Part shown: piece after piece, positions 60,412 to 64,000 of the stretch
How the letters are laid out: every line of letters starts with the position of its first letter
Position numbering within the stretch: the first letter of the stretch is position 1
Source of the DNA: a virus
Lineage: Duplodnaviria > Caudoviricetes
Length of the DNA: 64,000 nucleotides
Direction: 5' to 3' (one strand)
Virus record (IMG/VR): IMGVR_UViG_3300020037_002952
Span: 49,330-113,329 of that record
Notes under the pieces: generated by a model
What the model saw: the letters and a program-made list of their open reading frames with translations, nothing else
Databases searched by the model: none
What the model was told of the DNA's origin: nothing
Translations under genes and position numbers: made by a program

Positions 60412-61121
60412 TTTGTCTCCTTCTAAAGCTCGTAGTCGTCCAAGAACAACAACAAGTCAAGAAACTCCTGCTCGTTGTCGATTTCGTTCTGCTCGATTTC
60501 GTTTCGCAACTCTCGCTTCAAACGAGTGCGGAGAGTCTTTCGTTCGTATTTCTTTCCACCGTTCAGTCCACGATGGTCCTCATTGCGTCCCAAACCGAAT
60601 CGGATATACAAACCGTGGGAATCGTTCTTCCTCGATCCGTTGTTCTTTCCGCAGATGGAACAACGACACTTTGCGCCGCCGAAATCTTCGTTGTCCCATT
60701 CCTTGATCTTTTCGGCGAACCGAATGGGAAACGGCTGATCCTTCAAAGTCCTGCTCATTGCAGAATCCTTTCTCAAACTTCCCTGAGGATGAATGGTTCT
60801 TCATATCCGCTAGGTGTGCGGAGATAAACCGGCTTGCCTTCAAGAAGCAATTCAAATGCTTCCATCTTTGTCAAACGAACTCGATTCTCGTTTGGCAATG
60901 TTCTGGCAGTATCGTTGAATTCGATACCGGAATAGAACTCGATTGTCCCGCTCATTTCAAACTCCCTACTTTCTTCCGACTTGCCGAATTGCAAACCGGG
61001 ATTGCGGATATGCATGAGCCAATTCTTTCTCGGCTCTTTCAATCGTGGAGAAACGCTGTCCACGATCTTTCGGATTCTCTTTGTCGTAAAGCTCGTACTT
61101 GATCGGCATTTACTTTTCCCT

Positions 61122-61904
61122 TCAAATCTTGTTGATACAAACGGGACCAATTCCTCGTTCGATACTTTCGGGATTTGTCAACTCACGACTACAAACAATG
61201 CATACACCATACAGTTTCCCATATGCCGCTGCTTCCTCGATTGTAAGCCGTGTGAGATTCTTTCTTGTGATTCCGGGAGTGTAAACCCATTCATCACCAT
61301 CATGAACAGAACCGTAAATTGATGTTTGAGCTCTATTCATCTTGACTTTGACAATTTCGTCATCATCGGTGCGATACATTCCCGGTTCGTAAACCGTGGA
61401 CTTTTCGCCAGTCTCTTTCTTCAAAGACCAGAATGTATCTTGTCCAACTGTTTGGAGCAGTTTATCCAAACAAACTGTTTGTTCTTCGCCGGAAGATTTC
61501 TTTACAACTACTTCATCTCCAGGTTGAAACTGCCCAGCAATACGAACAACCCAATTGTTCTGAACTTTCGCCCATCGACCGAAGCTCACAAGAACAGGAA
61601 GCTCTAGTAAACGCTCAATCTCTTGTTGAGCTTCACGCTTACTCTTTACCTCTACTACTGGTTGACCACGTTCGGCGCAAAGTTTGGCGATAAACGCTAT
61701 CTGCTTTTCGGTAGCGCCATTACTCGATGATCCAGAGCTTCTGCCAGAACCTGAACCAGCAAACTCTTTCACTCGTTCCATTGTTGAAACTCCACCTTTC
61801 CAGGTAGAAGATTCTAAACGAGTTGAGTTGTTTGCCACCAGATATGAATGGACACATTCTTCACATTCAAAGTCTGGCGTACAATTTTCGGCTGAACAAC
61901 TCAT
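61122..61904 (-). CDS. DUF6011-containing protein
   Basis: ATEKQIAFI; CIVCSRELTNPESIERGIGPVC. Confidence 0.75.
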   Translation of the reverse strand: MSCSAENCTPDFECEECVHSYLVANNSTRLESSTWKGGVSTMERVKEFAGSGSGRSSGSSSNGATEKQIAFIAKLCAERGQPVVEVKSKREAQQEIERLLELPVLVSFGRWAKVQNNWVVRIAGQFQPGDEVVVKKSSGEEQTVCLDKLLQTVGQDTFWSLKKETGEKSTVYEPGMYRTDDDEIVKVKMNRAQTSIYGSVHDGDEWVYTPGITRKNLTRLTIEEAAAYGKLYGVCIVCSRELTNPESIERGIGPVCINKI

Positions 61905-62087
61905 ACTGCTTTGAGATCAGAAGGGTTGTAGTTGACTCCACAAGCGTAACAATACACTGTCTCATCCGTGTTCTTGTGTAGCGATACGTGGTCTTGTGGG
62001 CATTTATACGAACAAGTGCAGTCTCCCTCGGGAGTCATAGCGTGATATTTGCACTTATTTACGATTCCGTCCATCTCTATTCCTTTC

Positions 62088-62146
62088 TAAACAGTTTAAG
62101 AGAACATTCCAGACTCTTTCAAATTCGGAATGTCCCCTTAAACCGC
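62088..62146 (-). repeat. Intergenic hairpin repeat, copy 1
   Basis: GTTTAAG.GAACATTCC...GGAATGT..CTTAAAC, just upstream of an AAAGGA RBS on the minus strand. Confidence 0.6.
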
Positions 62147-62564
62147 ACAAATCACTAGGATTTGTTTAGGTTCATATTAGATGTAATCGCAGATGTCTCC
62201 ATCTCCAATCAAATCTTCCAAAGCATCCCAATCTCCAGATGCAATGAACTTGTCTGCTACTTGAACTTTCTCAGTTGCAGACATTTCGACAGGAACAAAG
62301 TCCCGATCTTTCATCGTTCCGATTGAAAGATTTGCGCCCATTGTTTCGGCGCAAGATGCGCACATATTTGCCCATTGTCCAGAAACTGTGGGAGCATCAA
62401 TCTTTCCACAGTCCCGATGGGAACAAATGTCACACTTCGGGTATTCCCCTTCCCATGCAATCTTCTTCATGTTCTGGAGTTCTTTCAGCATTACTCTCTC
62501 TCTTTCTATTTGAATGGACAAAGAAAGATTCCGAAGTCGCATTTCGGAATCAAACTTTACCGAT

Positions 62565-63248
62565 TCAAATCTGCTTCATGTGTCCCGTGAAGGAACTTGC
62601 CGCTTGTCTTGCAGCAGAACGTCCGGTTGATTGCGTGGACAAACTTCTTGCTTTGCCAGCATTCGGAAATGCTTGCCGGTACTCTTGTTGGACTTTCTTC
62701 TTGTCATCAACAAGAACCAAAGCAGTTGATTCCGAAACATTCTTCAAAGCCTCATCTTCGCCGGCTTTCAAAGAATCTTCAAGAATCTTTCGCAAAGCTT
62801 GTCCGTATTCCACGATGAAAGATCGGCGGAAAGATCTTGCATGTCCCACCGAATCTGTGTTGTAGACAGTTCTCATCATGTGAATTTCCGCTTGAACCAT
62901 GATGTTCATTGCCATTTCTTTCACCGATTCTGTGGCGAAACATTCCATCTTGAGAATCTTTCCATTCTCATCACTTCCGGTAAGGATGACTTTAGCACCC
63001 AAACCCATGAGAATGTTTCCTCGCATTCTCTGACGTTCTGTCTTGTATTCCTGTCCGGTGCGAACTGTCCACCGAACAACTTTCGTGTCTTTCAAACTCC
63101 CGGCAGAACGCAAAGCCGCTTCATCAATGGAATACTTTCCCATCAATTCCGCCGCTTTCGCAAAGAATGCGTCCGCTTCTTCTTGAAAGCTTGTTGAAGT
63201 TGCTTTATCCAACAAACCTTGAATGATCTTCATCTTGGAGTCGTTCAT
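62565..63248 (-). CDS. DUF2786-domain protein
   Basis: KIIQGLLDKA...EEADAFFAKAAELMGKY. Confidence 0.75.
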   Translation of the reverse strand: MNDSKMKIIQGLLDKATSTSFQEEADAFFAKAAELMGKYSIDEAALRSAGSLKDTKVVRWTVRTGQEYKTERQRMRGNILMGLGAKVILTGSDENGKILKMECFATESVKEMAMNIMVQAEIHMMRTVYNTDSVGHARSFRRSFIVEYGQALRKILEDSLKAGEDEALKNVSESTALVLVDDKKKVQQEYRQAFPNAGKARSLSTQSTGRSAARQAASSFTGHMKQI

Positions 63249-63624
63249 GCCGAAACTTCTTCCTTTGTTTGATCTACCGAGTAAATGCAATCGTCGATAT
63301 TGCAGTCCCAATCTGCAAATACCATCATGAACTCCATGATTCCCCAATCACGGATTGTTTCCCATTCCAGTTCGGAACGTTCCAGGTATATCTCCTGCAA
63401 ACTTCTCTTTGTCGCCGGGAGATACTTCTCGATTGTTACTTCAAGAGCGGTTGAAGTAACTTCAACATGCCCATAACCCTCGATTGTGATTGAAACTTTG
63501 TTCACTGAACTTCTCCTTCTATTTGTAGTGAGGACTGTCGATTTGCGAAAGTTCCATCGGGTCCAAAGACTCGATCCAGGCAATGAGTGAACGAATGAGT
63601 GCAAGCACTTTCTTTCTCCTTTGT

Positions 63625-63683
63625 CTAAACGAATTAAGAAACATTCCAGCCTAGCCTGCTGGAATGCTCCTTGATCTATTTAG
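63625..63683 (-). repeat. Intergenic hairpin repeat, copy 2
   Basis: CTAAAC..ATTAAG.AACATTCCAGC...GCTGGAATG..CTTGAT..TTTAG, upstream of an AAAGGAG RBS. Confidence 0.6.
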
Positions 63684-64000
63684 ATGGTTCTTTATCTAAA
63701 TCAGTCCACGATAATCACTCCTTTCAAAGTGACTCCAAATCCTATTTCTAGGATCGACTTGTTAGGCCAGCAATGCTGAAACAAACTCTGTAGCTCTGGT
63801 CCGCTCAGCCACAAGAGCGTCGACCACAGAATTCATATTCCCTTCAAGCAATGCAATCCTCGCATTTGCTTGACGCAATTCGTCGGTAGCATCACAGAAT
63901 TTGCGATACAGGTTGTCGTTCTGACGTTCCGCATAGTCGCAATCAGACTCAAATTCGATTTCCGCCCTAAGCATATCAGCAATATACTGCTGTGCTCTCA

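Noticed and set aside
59603-63197. Long plus-strand ORFs (225, 196 and 132-aa-type shadows)
   Set aside because: They are antisense or alternate-frame shadows of real minus-strand genes, favoured by local scarcity of TA-containing stop codons.

Overview
This window is a 64-kb slice of a large, AT-rich tailed dsDNA phage. The host is probably an actinobacterium; this is inferred from leaderless sigma70-type promoters, Ku, a DUF1876-like protein and GYW...FGDA repeats in the tail protein. The rightward block (1-20 kb) holds the end of an intein-bearing tail protein, then replication and recombination genes: Cas4-like nuclease, Sak4-like protein, SSB, primase-helicase with two inteins, DnaE and RecA. 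A lytic transglycosylase follows. The leftward block (20-64 kb) is accessory/early: Ku plus ligase, a RuvB-like ATPase, a PPDK-like kinase with a CX5R phosphatase, a dispersed RNA/tRNA-repair kit, an ~11-member paralog family, and tRNAs. The best candidate for an undescribed system is an HNH-endonuclease cassette that has split a tRNA-Arg(UCU) gene at the anticodon. It carries a non-canonical 77-nt tRNA-like RNA with the same UCU anticodon, no D-arm, and a D-loop-like segment moved 3' of the anticodon arm. Two more HNH cassettes show the same break-and-replace layout at protein genes. All three share a GTCGWWAWWW promoter-like motif followed by a hairpin. All calls are from reading the sequence by eye; no searches were run.
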